In this document: in pieces, positions 40,135 to 53,335 of the stretch | How the letters are laid out: each line of letters starts with the position of its first letter | How positions within the stretch are numbered: position 1 is the stretch's first letter | Assembly: GCA_028826165.1 (NCBI GenBank) | Contig: JAPDFW010000079.1 | Location: 310,001-374,000 of the forward strand | From: Anaeramoeba ignava BMAN | Taxonomy: Eukaryota > Protista > Anaeramoebae | Length of the DNA stretch: 64,000 nucleotides | Reading direction: 5' to 3' | Notes under the pieces: generated by a model | The model's database searches: none | What the model saw: only the letters and a program-made list of their open reading frames with translations | Told to the model about the DNA's origin: nothing | Program-made: the position numbers and the translations under genes

Positions 40135-41260
40135 TCTTAATTAATTTTAAATAATAAATAATCAAATAATTAAATTTATTTTATATATTTTATAATTATT
40201 TATTAATTCAAAATTAAAATTTAAATTAAAATAAATTATTAAAATATTAATTAAAATATTAATAAATAAAATATAAATTTTCTTAATTAATTTTAAATAA
40301 TAAATAATCAAATAATTAAATTTATTTTATATATTTAATAATTAATTATTAATTCAAAATTAAAATTTAAATTTAAATTAATTATTAAAAATTAATTAAA
40401 ATATTAATAAATAAAATATAAATTTTTAATTAGTTTTAAATAATAAATAATTAATGAATTAAATTTATTTTATATATTTTATAATTAATTATTAATTCAA
40501 AATTAAAATTTAAATTTAAAATAAATTATTAAAAATTAATTAAAATATTAATAAATAAAATATAAATTTTCTTAATTAGTTTTAAATAATAAATAATCAA
40601 TTAATTAAATTTATTTTATATATTTAATAATTAATTATTAATTCAAAATTAAAATTTAAATTAAAATAAATTATTAAAAATTAATTAAAATATTAATTAA
40701 ATAAAATATAAATTTTTAATTAGTTTTTAAATAATAAATAATCAATTAATTAAATTTATTTTATATATTTTATAATTAATTATTAATTCAAAATTAAAAT
40801 TTAAATTTAAATAAATTATTAAAAATTAATTAAAATATTAATAAATAAAATATAAATTTTTAATTAATTTTAAATAATAAATAATCAAATAATTAAATTT
40901 ATTTTATATATTTTATAATTATTTATTAATTCAAAATTAAAATTTAAATTTAAATAAATTATTAAAAATTAATTAAAATATTAATAAATAAAATATAAAT
41001 TTTTAATTAATTTTAAATAATAAATAATCAAATAATTAAATTTATTTTATATATTTTATAATTAATTATTAATTCAAAATTTAAAATTTAAATTAAAATA
41101 AATTATTAAAAAATTAATTAAAATATTAATAAATAAAATATAAATTTTTAATTAGTTTTTAAATAATAAATAATCAAATAAGTTAAAGATATTTTATTTT
41201 TCGGAAATAATTTTTATTTTATTTTTGCAAATTTAATTTAAATTAAAATAAATTATTAAA
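40135..41260. repeat. ~143-146 bp AT-rich satellite A, left arm (~8 units)
   Basis: The marker AATTCAAAATT has its C at 40209, 40355, 40498, 40644, 40789, 40932 and 41075. Confidence 0.9.
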
Positions 41261-41499
41261 AAGTCGCAGACGAGTGGATAATTGATTAAATTAAATAAAA
41301 AAAAAAAAATTTTTTTAAAAAACAAAATAAAATATCTCAAATAATAAAAATAAATTTTTTTCAAATCCATTTTAAGATTATTTTTGAGGAAAAATGAGAA
41401 TTCTTTGAAATTTGATATTTTAAAAATTATTAAAAATTGAGGGAAAAATTAAGGAATAAATAAAATATAAATTTTTAATTAATTTTAAATAATAAATAA

Positions 41500-41698
41500 T
41501 TATTATTAATTATTATTTTATTATTATTATTATTATTATTTATTAAATTATTATTTAAATTTAATTTTATTAATTATTATTATTAAATTATTATTAAAAT
41601 TATTATTAAATAAAATATAATTTTTATTATTATTATTATTTATTATTATTATAATTAAATAATTAAATTATTATTATTATTATTATTATTTTATTATA

Positions 41699-41733
<35 letters not shown>

Positions 41734-41824
41734 ATTAAATTATAAATTATTATTAAAATTATTAAATTATTATTAAATTAAAATTATTATTTTTATAATT
41801 TATTTTTAAATTATTAAATAATTA

Positions 41825-41914
<90 letters not shown>

Positions 41915-41945
41915 AATATTAATTAAAATATTATTATTATTAAAA
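41500..41945. repeat. Imperfect (TTA)n microsatellite
   Basis: Directly visible. Confidence 0.85.
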
Positions 41946-43409
41946 TATAAATTTTTATTAATTTTAAAATAATAAATAATCAATGAATTAAATTTATTTT
42001 ATTTCAAAATTAAAAGATCATTGTTTTGAAAAACAAAATATAAAAAAATTTAAAAAAAATTAAAATTTTAATTAATGTCAAAAATAAAAAAATAGAAAAA
42101 CGAAGAATTTTAAAAAAAAAATAAACCAGAAAACAATTAAATTTAAAGAAGAGAACCATCAGAAAAAATTAATTCTTGATAATTGAAACTATAAAAAGAA
42201 AATATTCAGGAAAAAGTTTTAAAACCTATTCCTCAAATCTAATGAATTTATTTTATATTTTCAGATATCTCCAAAATTGAAGTTAATTCACAAAATTGAA
42301 AATGATACTGGAAGATCCTTCAAAAATATGGAATCAACAATTCCTTTAAATAGAAAACAAAAAAATTTTCAATAAGTTGTCAATTGATATTCCTAAACAT
42401 TTTACCGTTTTGGTTTTATTCTCTCTTGGGAAACATCTGCCTAAGGTCAGAAAATTAAAATGATTAAATTAGAACAACTCAAGTTAAAATGACAATGGGA
42501 TGAAATATATTGTTTACTCACAAGGCGAGTCAAAAACAATCACGTGATTTATGGAAACCCAAATTGGAAACCCAAAACAGCTAATTATTCCAAAATGAAG
42601 ATCCAAAAGATCTACCAATTAATACTTTTAATAATTAATCATTAATTTACAATGAAATTTCGTTTTTAGAGCAATTAAACATCGAAATTTTAAAAATGCC
42701 AATACACAAAGGAGCGATACATCCAAAAACATTGGGAGATTGTTAAAGATTTGCCAAGTTTTAGGAATTAATATAATGTAATTAAATTCTTTGCATAATT
42801 AATTATTAATTCAAAAACCAAAAGTTTCCATAAATTAAAAAAAAATTGATTAAAAATTACATGAAAATATCTCAATAAAAAAAATGATAAATTTTTAATT
42901 AGTTTTTAAACAAATACCAATTTCAAATAATGATAAATTTATTTTATATCCAATTTTATAATTTTATTAATTCAAAATTAAAATTTAATTTAAATTAATT
43001 TATTAAAAATTAAATATTTAATAAAAAAAAGATAAATTTTAATGAATCATTTGAAGGATCAAAATGAAAAAGAAACCAACAACAATGAAAATTTATTTTC
43101 GGAATATATTTTATATTTATTTCCAATTTTTCAAAATCCAAAATTTTACTTTTTCAATCATTTTTGATTTTTAAAATAAATCCATCATTAAAAACAAATT
43201 CATCAATTTTTCATTTCATTAAAAAATAAAATATAAATTTTTAATTTAAATTTTAAAAAATAAATAAAGAAAAAAGAAAAATGAATTCAAATATATTTTA
43301 AACTGGATATTTTACAAAATTAAAATAAATTTTTAAATTAAATTTTCAATTTTAATTAAAATATTTTAAGGGAAAAATTTATTTTACTTTTTAGTTTTTT
43401 TTCATTTTC

Positions 43410-44495
43410 AAATAATTAAATTTATTTTATATATTTTATAATTAATTATTAATTCAAAATTAAAATTTAAATTTAAAATAAATTATTAAAAATTAATTAA
43501 AATATTAATAAATAAAATATAAATTTTTTTAATTAATTTTTAAATAATAAATAATTAAATGAATTAAATTTATTTTTATATATTTTATAATTAATTATTA
43601 ATTCCAAAATTAAAATTTAAATTAAAATAAATTATTAAAAATTAATTAAAATATTAATAAATAAAATATAAATTTTCTTAATTAATTTTAAATAATAAAT
43701 AATCAATGAATTAAATTTATTTTATATATTTTATAATTATTTATTAATTCAAAATTTAAAATTTAAATTTAAAATAAATTATTAAAAATATTAATTAAAA
43801 TAATAATTAATAAAATATAAATTTTTAATTAGTTTTAAATAATAAATAATCAATGAATTAAATTTATTTTATATATTTTATAATTATTTATTAATTCAAA
43901 ATTAAAATTTAAATTTAAAATAAATTATTAAAAATTAATTAAAATATTAATAAATAAAATATAAATTTTTTTTAATTAGTTTTTAAATAATAAATAATTA
44001 AATAATTAAATTTATTTTATATATTTTATAATTAATTATTAATTCAAAATTAAAATTTAAATTTAAAATAAATTATTAAAATATTAATTAAAATATTAAT
44101 AAATAAAATATAAATTTTTAATTAGTTTTGAAATAATAAATAATCAAATAATTAAATTTATTTTATATATTTTATAATTAATTATTAATTCAAAATTAAA
44201 ATTTAAATTAAAATAAATTATTAAAAATTAATTAAAATATTAATAAATAAAATATAAATTTTTTTAATTAGTTTTAAATAATAAATAATCAAATGAATTA
44301 AATTTATTTTATATATTTTATAATTAATTATTAATTCAAAATTAAAATTTAAATTAAAATAAATTATTAAAAAATTAATTAAAATATTAATTAAATAAAA
44401 TATAAATTTTTTTAATTAGTTTTAAATAATAAATAATCAATTAATTAAATTTATTTTATATATTTTATAATTATTTATTAATTCAAAATTAAAAT
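43410..44495. repeat. ~146-149 bp satellite A, right arm (~7.5 units, same orientation as the left arm)
   Basis: Marker C at 43455, 43604, 43750, 43897, 44045, 44191, 44337 and 44484. Confidence 0.9.
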
Positions 44496-44500
44496 TTTTT

Positions 44501-44520
44501 TCATTTTTTTTTTTCATTTT
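44501..44520 (+). promoter_or_regulatory. Initiator-like TCATTTT elements upstream of the LRR gene (representative of a motif seen before most genes)
   Basis: TCATTTT occurs twice 35-50 bp before ATG 44550. The same motif lies upstream of the Rab, RING, TBC, BTB, WD40, RNF213-like and ANK-BTB starts. Confidence 0.5.
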
Positions 44521-44549
44521 TTTTTTCATAAAAATATAAAAATATAAAA

Positions 44550-45830
44550 ATGAATATATTAACACTTGCCAAAATATGTGAATTTGCAGGAGGATCTGAA
44601 GTTTCCGAAATCACAAATTTGAATGCTAAATCAAAAGAAATTGAAGATATAGAAGATATAAAACGTTGCCGGAAGTTGAACAAAATTGATCTAGCAAATA
44701 ATAATTTAAAATCTATAAAAAAATTAAAAGACAATATTGAGCTAAGATGGATTTCAATATCAAACAACAAAATCAAGCAAATCAAAGAAAAGGATATGAA
44801 AGATTTCGACAAACTAGTTGTTTTTAATGCAAGTGGGAATAAGCTCAAGGATTTATCGTTTCTAAAAAATAAACCTCAACTTAAAGCTTTAATTGTCAAT
44901 AACAATAAGATCAAAGAATTGGGTCCAAATATCTCAACTTTGAAATCATTAAACACCTTGATTCTTTCACACAATTTCTTGGAATCACTCAAGAATGTTA
45001 ATTCTTTGATTCAATTAACCAAACTCTCTGTTAGTCACAATAAAATTAGAGAATTTCCAAACGTCTTTTCTTTATTTTCTTTAAAAGAATTAAGATTGAA
45101 TAACAATTATATTTCAAAAATACCTTCAAATTTATCTAAAAATCAACAATTACAAATTTTGGATTTGGGAAAGAATTTTATTCAAGATTTGAAGGAATTG
45201 GAAAATTTGAAAAGTTTGAAAAATTTGAAAAATTTAAATTTAGCTGAAAATCCTGTTTGTAAATTGGAAAATTATCGAGAGAAAGTTTTGGAGTTACTTC
45301 CAGATTTATTGATTTTGGATGGGATTCGTGTTAAACCAAAGAGAGGAAAAAAGAAGGAAAGAAATAAGAGAAAATCAAAAAAAAGAAAAAATCCAAATCC
45401 AACTTCAAATTTAGATTCAAAATTAGATTCAGATTTAAATTCAAATTCAAATTCAAATTCAAATTTAGATTCAAATTCAAATTCAAATTCAAAATTAAAT
45501 TTAGATTCAAATTTAAATTTAGATTCAAAATCAAAATCAAATTCAAATTCAAATTCAGATTCAAAATTAAATTCAAATTCAAAATTAAATTCAAATTCAA
45601 ATTTAGATTCAAATTTAAATTTAGATTCAAATGATTCTGAATTTGAAAAAAATTTTTTCCAAAAAAAAAAAAAAAAAAATCTTCAACAAGAAATTCATAA
45701 TGAAAAAGATATTAAAATTGTTATAAATAAAAAACAAAAAAGAAAAAAACCAAAAAAAAAATTCAATTCAATTCATTTACAAAAAGAAAGAGAAGAAATT
45801 GGATTTGGAGAAAAATCAAAATGGAATTAA
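44550..45830 (+). CDS. SDS22-type leucine-rich repeat protein with LRRcap and K/S/N-rich tail
   Basis: Repeated LxxLxLxxNxI motifs; cap LAENPVCKLENYREKVLELLPDLLILDG; basic tail ending GFGEKSKWN. Confidence 0.9.
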   Translation: MNILTLAKICEFAGGSEVSEITNLNAKSKEIEDIEDIKRCRKLNKIDLANNNLKSIKKLKDNIELRWISISNNKIKQIKEKDMKDFDKLVVFNASGNKLKDLSFLKNKPQLKALIVNNNKIKELGPNISTLKSLNTLILSHNFLESLKNVNSLIQLTKLSVSHNKIREFPNVFSLFSLKELRLNNNYISKIPSNLSKNQQLQILDLGKNFIQDLKELENLKSLKNLKNLNLAENPVCKLENYREKVLELLPDLLILDGIRVKPKRGKKKERNKRKSKKRKNPNPTSNLDSKLDSDLNSNSNSNSNLDSNSNSNSKLNLDSNLNLDSKSKSNSNSNSDSKLNSNSKLNSNSNLDSNLNLDSNDSEFEKNFFQKKKKKNLQQEIHNEKDIKIVINKKQKRKKPKKKFNSIHLQKEREEIGFGEKSKWN

Positions 45831-46000
45831 AAAAATAAAATAAAATAAAAATTTAATTCAATTTAATTTAAATTTTAGTTTGATTTTTGATTTATTATTT
45901 TTTCTTTTTTGAATTAAAAATTTTTCAAAAGAATAAAAAAAAAAAGAAAATAAAAAAGAAAAGATTAAATTTTTTTTTTTCTGAGTGTCTTGTTTTTGAA

Positions 46001-49000
46001 TTAATTGATTTTAACATGTTTCTTTTTATTCTGCTTAATCAAAGATTGAACTTCAGGAATTTCTTTTGGATTCATCATTTTGATTAAATTCTCATAGAAA
46101 ACCAAACAAAAGTCCTTGAACAAGAAAAGACCACTCTCATTATCAGAAAAGAAGGGAAGATCTTTTCTGATTGAATTTTCAAGAGATTCGAAAATAAAAC
46201 CTATTGCTTGATGAAATTTTGGGAAAGAAATCCATTCAAAAACCGAGAAAAGAGAATCAAAAGTTCTGAAGGTATCAACAAGAGAAACGATAGAGTTTTC
46301 ATTGGTATTGCCAGCAGAATCGCGTAATTTGTCGAGTGGAAGATGAAGAAATTGGGAAAGTCTCAATTCAGTTGATTTTTGCCGAATGGCAGTTTTACTC
46401 AATTTAATCCAATCCAAAATAAGAAGTTGAGATTCAGGTTCAAGAGGAAATTTTCCAGACAGTTGGATTGATATGAGGCGGTCAAACTTTGAGAAGAGAT
46501 TAAACAGATGATGGATACCGACGTCAAAGAGTTGGAAGATAAAGGGGTTTAGTTCATATCGCCAGGGTTGGCCGTCTTGAAACTTTTCGAGATATGGTTT
46601 GAGTACAACGCTATAGAGCTCTTTGTAAAGAGAGTAAGCATCGTAAGAAATGAATGGGGTTAATCTATACTCTCCAAAGGCTTTTGGAAACGAGAGAAAA
46701 TCGTTGAATTTTATGCGTATTTTGATGTCAGGGGTCAAAATCGCAACAACAGGAAGAAAAGACAAATCAGGAGGGATTGTACTTTGGGGTGCGTGTGATT
46801 GCAAGTTGTTAGGATCCTGGTCGTTTGTATTTTCTTCTGCGCTGTTGCTATTGTTGTTGTTGTTCTCGTTGTTTTGGTCTTTATGAGGCTGCTGATTTTC
46901 GTCGTCATCAAGAGAGATTTCTTCTTGGTCGGTTTTGTGGATGGATTTTTCCCACCACCGCGCAGCAGTGCCAACATAGTGTCCGTTCTTGGCGAACATT
47001 ATTGTGTTTGTGTTTGTGTCTATGCAAGCAGATATGGTATCACCAAAGGAAAATTTTTCTGCAAAAGCAGTTTTAACACCAGCATTTTTTTTGGAGCCGT
47101 CAGAACTGTAATACCCTGTTGAGAAAAGAGTCGATCCGGGCGTTGTATTTGGGAAGTAGTATTCCTCAGGTACAAATCCTATGGCTATCTCTGGGTTGAG
47201 TTGTTCTTGCTCCCCTGTATTTGCTTGCTGTGTGGATTCGAGAAACAACTTATAATTTTCGGAACTCTTTTTGTTTTCTGACGTCAAAAGAATTTGCATT
47301 TCAACAACAAATAAGGAATGCTCAGGAGCAGGTGTTCTTGTGGTGAATGATTTCCATGAAAAAAGCTCTTGTTGAGATTGGGACTTGATCTGAGAAAAGT
47401 GGTTGTTGATCTGCATTTTCCAGTTATTGTGGAAAAAATACAGTGTGTTTTTAATTGAAAAAACCCATTGATCGCGATCGAGAATTGTGATTCTTTGGTC
47501 TCGTATATCTCGCATGTGCATAGCCATTTGGTCCTTCCACTGTGAAGAGAAGACGAGGAAGTTCTGTTTGTGGAATTTAGTGAATTGTTTGAGGCCGTCC
47601 TTATCAAGATACTGAGAAAGTTGGCTCGAAAACCAGAGAATCCATTTTGTGGCGTTGTCTTGCCAGATCGCACTTTGGCTCTTGACCCACGACTGGATTC
47701 TCTTCTCAAACTTGTCCATTTGGCTTGGGAACATCAGCGAAAGAAGTTTTTCGTACTCCTTTTGCTTTTCTTCATAATCGCGTTGTTGGACATCGAAAAA
47801 GATGAGAATATTTTCTATTTTAGGAACAAGTGATTCAAACTTATTGAATAAAAATGGTTCTTGTCCGAAATTCACTCGCACAGACGCGCCAACTGATAAT
47901 AGACCAACCACTGGATAGAAACCCTTTTTGTTCTTTACGTTAGTGAAAGCGTTGCCGAGGATTCGTCCGTTTTTTGTATAGAAAATTATGCCGTAAGTGA
48001 TGTTCCAACCACATCCAATCACATCATTTTTTCCGAATGGCTCGGAAAACATCTCACCCTCGCCTCCATCTGCCTCACAAAACTTCGATCCATCATCTCC
48101 ATGATATCCATAACTCCCGTTGAGCCATCCTGGCATCCCGATCGGCTCTTTCCCCTTCTCAGTCGGGTAAAATCCTATCGCAATTTCTCCTCGCTCTCCC
48201 CCTGATACAATTTTCGTCTCAAAATAATATACAGGAAGCGGATCTGCTACGTGCAGATTCCCTCGGAATATCACCCCTAAATCATAATCATTCACCCCTT
48301 CTCCCCGCACCATTGTGTACTGTACTTCTCTTCGATCATCGCTGATTTGATAGTGGTTTTTGTGCTTATTTTTGTGTAATTTTTCGGGTCTTGGAACTAT
48401 TATTTGTTGTGCTAATGAGAACGGAACGTTTTCTGATGTGATTTTGGGTCGTTTTGGTGGTTCTTGTAATTTTTTGTTTTTTGGAATTTTTGGTGGTTCT
48501 TCAAATGCAAATTCTGTTGGTTGAGGTTCAATTTGTTGGATCATTGGTGGTGTTTTTGGTTTCAATCTTTTTGCAATTACATGAAATTAATTTAAAAAAG
48601 AAGAAAAAAGATTAATTAAAATGAATAATTTTCAAAAACATGAAATGAATAATAATAATAAAAATAATAAAAATAAAAAAATATTTACATGATCTCATAT
48701 TCGTTTGGTTTAATTTCTGTTATTTTTAAATCTGGTGATAAATCCTTCCGATCAATTTTAATCATTTTTAATGAATTCAAATGCGGTTCTAATGCTTCAA
48801 CTCTTTTAATCAATTCATCTATTGCAAAACGATCTTGAGGATCAGAAAGTTTTAATTTATCTATTTTTGGTTCTTTTTCACTTTCACTTTCACTTTCAAT
48901 TTGAATTTCTTTTTCTTTTTCTTTATCTAAATCATTTTCATCTAAATCATCTTTTGTTTTTTCATTTTCATCTAAATCATCTTCGTCTTCAAAAATAATT

Positions 49001-52000
49001 GGCTCAAAATCTCCATCAAAATCCTTGAATGAAGTCGTTATCAAACTTTCTTGAAATTCTCTTCTCTGTTTCAATCTTTCACTCATCTGCTGTTCTTTCT
49101 GTATTTTTAGTTCATGTTCTTTTTGCTGCAAAAATTGTTTTCGTTCAATTTCTTGTGATTTCTTAATTTTTTGCTTTTGAATTTTTTCTTCCTCAAGTTT
49201 TTTCTGTTTTTCAATTAGTTTTTCCTCCTTTGTTTTCTTCTTTCCTTTCGGCTTTACTATGGGTTTAGGAGCTTGATCAGGAATTAAAGGATCATTTTCA
49301 TTAGGTTTATTTTTTGGATCAACAACTGGTTCAAATTGCTTGATTGGGCGATGAAACAATTGTTCAAATTCTTTCATTTCCTCATTTGGAATTGATTTAC
49401 GTTTCTCTGTAGAGTCTGGCGGTTTGAATTCTGGGTCTTGTTTTTCTTGTTCTATTGATGTGGAAAGTTTAGATAATTTCTCCTCTAAATCAACAATGAT
49501 TTCTTTCTGATTTTCATCCACTTTTGCAAGTTCGTTATCTTGTGTTTGATAGTAATTTTTGTAATCAAGTTGAAGATTGGCATTCTCATTGAACCATTTC
49601 TAAATTTTAAATTTTAAATTTTAAATAATATTTATTTTTTCATGTAAATGGAAATTTTTTTTTATATTTTTTTTTTAATATTTACTTCAGCATCCTTAAC
49701 AAGACTTGAATATTGTGTTGGATCTGAATATTTTCTTGAAAGATGCATAAAAAATTCATAAACTTGATAGTTCAATCCAAAAGGAGGATACAAATTATAA
49801 GGTGTTTGCTTATATTCTAATTGGAAATATCCATCAGAGTTTCTCTTTACTTTTTGTTTAGGAAATGAAATCTCAGCAACTTCTTCATAAAATGTATTTT
49901 GAAAGAAGTTTTGAATTTGTGAAATTAAGTGTCTTGATGTGTTCATTTCATAACTATTTCCTGTCACAACAAAAAACATTGAAAAATAATCATTTTCTTG
50001 AATTAAACACCACAAATGATCTATTGGAAGTCGACTAAAAAAACCAGGTGTAGTTGGTGTTACCTAAATTTATTTTGAATTTTATCAATTTGATTATTTG
50101 TTTTTTGTTTTTGTTTTTTTTTTTACTTTTTGTCTTGAAGCAACAATCTGAGTGAATTTTGGTATTAAAGGATCACTTCGAGAACCATAAGAACAAAGTG
50201 TAATTCTATCAAAAGATCTAACTACTGAGATGTACTTAATTGTATTTAAATTGATTATTTTTCCATCTTCTAATTGAACTTCAGAATAAACTCTAACTTT
50301 TTTGATTCCAAAATGAATAATTCTGACAATTAAATAAATAGTAATTAACTAAAGAAAAATCCAAATGAGTTTTTAATTTTAAATTTTAAATTTTAAATTT
50401 TAAATTTTTACAAGAATAATCGAAAAGAAAATTATGGAAATTGATTTCGCACCAGTTGCTAAATCACTAAATTTATTCATGTCAACAATAAATATTCTTA
50501 AGAGCATATATAAAATCACACAAGTTAAAGGGAAAAAAAGAATTAGATAAATTTTGGAATAAAATCCTGAAGCTAAAATATTCAGAGGTTCAGCATTGAT
50601 TCTGTTAATGATTAATTTTCCTCTAAGTTCATCCATCATGTTTGCGCCTTTAATATAAATATCTTTATCCAATAAAACCTAATCATATCGAAATGGAAAC
50701 AAAACAAATTTTTATTTTGTTATTTTATATTTTAACATGACATTTTGGATTTTTTTTTAAAATTTAAATCAAAAAAATGAAATGAAATGATTTAGAAACA
50801 TACACTTGCAAAGAAAACCAAATAAATAATCATAGCAAACAAATAACCAGCAATAGAACCAATAACAAGAGCAATATTAACCTCAAAAACATAATAAGTG
50901 GAATAAAAAATGGCGTAAAAAATAAAACCCTGAAGAATCACAATAAAAAACAAAACAATCATTCCAAGAATATTTTTCTTTTTCTTTGGAGCGTCTTGAC
51001 CAGCTTTTACAGCTTGAAAAAGTTTATCTTTATCAATTTTAATTGGGCGAGTTGGACAAAAAATAACGAAAGGACCAAAAAATAAAAAAACAACAGCAAA
51101 ACTTAAACTGTATTTTAATATTGATTCATTGAATGCGTTTGAGTCAAAGCTTTCTAATAAAGACCAGATAGCAAAACATACATACCAAGCACCAATTAGT
51201 AATACTGGTGCTATTATTAATGGATTTTGTTTGCTTTGTGAATGTAATTGGTATAAATATTTTAAGGCTGCGAATAAAACTGCAAATATTGCTACAAGCA
51301 CAGTTATAACTGTAAATTGCTTTTCGATATTAAATTTAATTTTAATTTTATAAATGAATTTTAGTTTTAATTTTAATTTCATAAATGAATTTTAATTTTA
51401 ATTTTAATTTTAATTATAATTTTGATTTTGATTTTAATTTTAATTTTATTTTTATAAATGAATTTTAATTTTAATTTTAATTTTAATTTTGATTTATAAA
51501 TGAATTTTAATTTTAATTTTAATTTTAATTTTAATTTTAATTTTTTAAATGAATTTTAATTTTCATTTTTAAATTTGAATTTTAATTTTAATTTAATTTT
51601 AATTTTAATTTTAAAGTGAATTTTAATTTTAATTTTAATTTTTAATTTTAATTTTAATTTTAATTTTTAATTTTAATTTTAATTTGAATTTTAATTTTTA
51701 ATTTTATAAATGAATTTTAATTTTAATTTTAATTTTAATTTTATAAATGAATTTTAGTTTTAATTTTAATTTTAATTTTTAATTTTAATTTTAATTTTAA
51801 TTTTAATTTTAATTTTAATTTTAATTTTAATTTTAATTTTAATTTTAATTTTAATTTTAATTTTAATTTTAATTTTAAATGAATTTTAATTTTAATTTTA
51901 ATTTTAATTTTAATTTTTAAATGAATTTTAATTTTAATTTTTGTTTAAATGAATTTTAATTTTAATTTTAATTTTAATTTTAATTTTTTAAATGAATTTT

Positions 52001-52679
52001 AATTTTAATTTTATAAAATGAATTTTAATTTTCATTTTAATTTTAAATGAATTTTAATTTTTAATTTTAATTTTAATTTTAATTTTAATTTTTAATTTTA
52101 ATTTTAATTTTTAAATGAATTTTAATTTTAAGTTTTAATTTTAAAAATTAATTTTAATTTTAATCTTCAATATTTGAAAATTTTAATTTAAAACAAATTT
52201 AAAACAAAATAAAATTTTTAGTTTTAATTTTTGTTTTTAAAAATTTTAATTTATAAAATGAAATTTAAAATTTTAATTTTAAATTTAACTTTTTAATTTT
52301 TAATTAAAAATAAAAATAGAAAAAATTTTAATTTTTATTTTTAATTTTTAATTTTGATTTTAATAAAAATTTTGTTAAATATAAATGAATTTTAATTTTC
52401 ATTTTAATAAATTGATTTTAATAAAAATATTGGTTTAAATTTTATTTTTTTAAATTTTTAAAAATTTTAATTTTAATTTTAATTTTAATTTTAATTTTAA
52501 TTTTTAATTTTAATTATAAATAAAAAATAAATTAAGAACATGAATTAAGTTTTATAAATTAAATAAAAATTAAATAAAATTCGTTAAATCTTCAATATTT
52601 GAAATATTTGTATCCTGGGGTTAAAATAAAAAAAACAAAGTAAAACAAAATAAAATTAAATTAAATTAAAAAAATTCAT
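46001..52679 (-). CDS. Multi-pass membrane / longin-like / coiled-coil / two-SPRY-domain protein; resolved exons ~51319-50804, 50678-50412, 50348-50127, 50063-49686, 49599-48689, 48566-46001; 5' end (possible ATG 52679) poorly resolved
   Basis: All five resolved junctions are GT-AG and in frame. SPRY1 has YYFETKIV, IAIGF, MPGW..SYGYHGDDG, FGKNDVIGCG, FYTKNG and YPVVGL. SPRY2 has IAIGFV, STGYYSSDG, FGDTISACID and FAKNG. The N-terminal exons carry several hydrophobic helices. Confidence 0.8.
51340..52520. repeat. (AATTTT)n array with interspersed AAATGAATTTT, probably intronic; degenerate at the right end
   Basis: Directly visible. Confidence 0.85.
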
Positions 52680-52809
52680 TTTTGTTTTTAAAAGAGAAAT
52701 AATAAAGATAAAAAGAAAAATAAAAATAAAAATTAAAAATAAAAATTGGAACTTAAATTAAAATTTTTAATTAAAAATAAAAAGGAGAAAAAGGAGAAAA
52801 ATTCTTTTA

Positions 52810-53280
52810 TTTTTAATTAATAAAAAGTGGAATAAAAATCTAAAATTAAATATAAATTAAATCTAAATTAAATATAAATAAATTATTTATAAATAAAAAG
52901 TGGAATAAAAAAATATAAATTAAATCTAAATTAAATCTAAATTAAATATAAATAAATTATTTATAAATAAAAAGTGGAATAAAAATATAAATTAAATATA
53001 AATTAAATATAAATTAAAATTATAAATTAAAAATGGAATAAAAATATAAATTAAATATAAATTAAATTAAATTTATAAATAAAAAATAAAAATGGAATAA
53101 AAATATAAATTAAAATAAATTAAATCTAAATTAAATCTAAATTAAATATAAATTATTTATAAATAAAAAGTGGAATAAAAATCTAAATTAAATCTAAATT
53201 AAATATAAATAAAAATATAATAAAAATCTAATTTAAATCCTTTCGTTTTATTAAAAAAAAATGGAATAAAAATTTAAACT
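52810..53280. repeat. Imperfect compound repeat containing AAAAGTGGAATAAAA and AAATTAAAT(A/C)T
   Basis: (G)TGGAATAAAA recurs about seven times between the ANK-BTB stop and the putative SPRY-gene start. Confidence 0.75.
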
Positions 53281-53335
53281 AAATCCTTTTGATTTATGAA
53301 AAAAAAAAAAATTGAAAATAAAATTTCATTTTCTT

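Noticed and set aside
46650-47833. Several overlapping short ORFs in the GC-rich zone
   Set aside because: These are expected shadows of a higher-GC coding exon and show no independent motifs.
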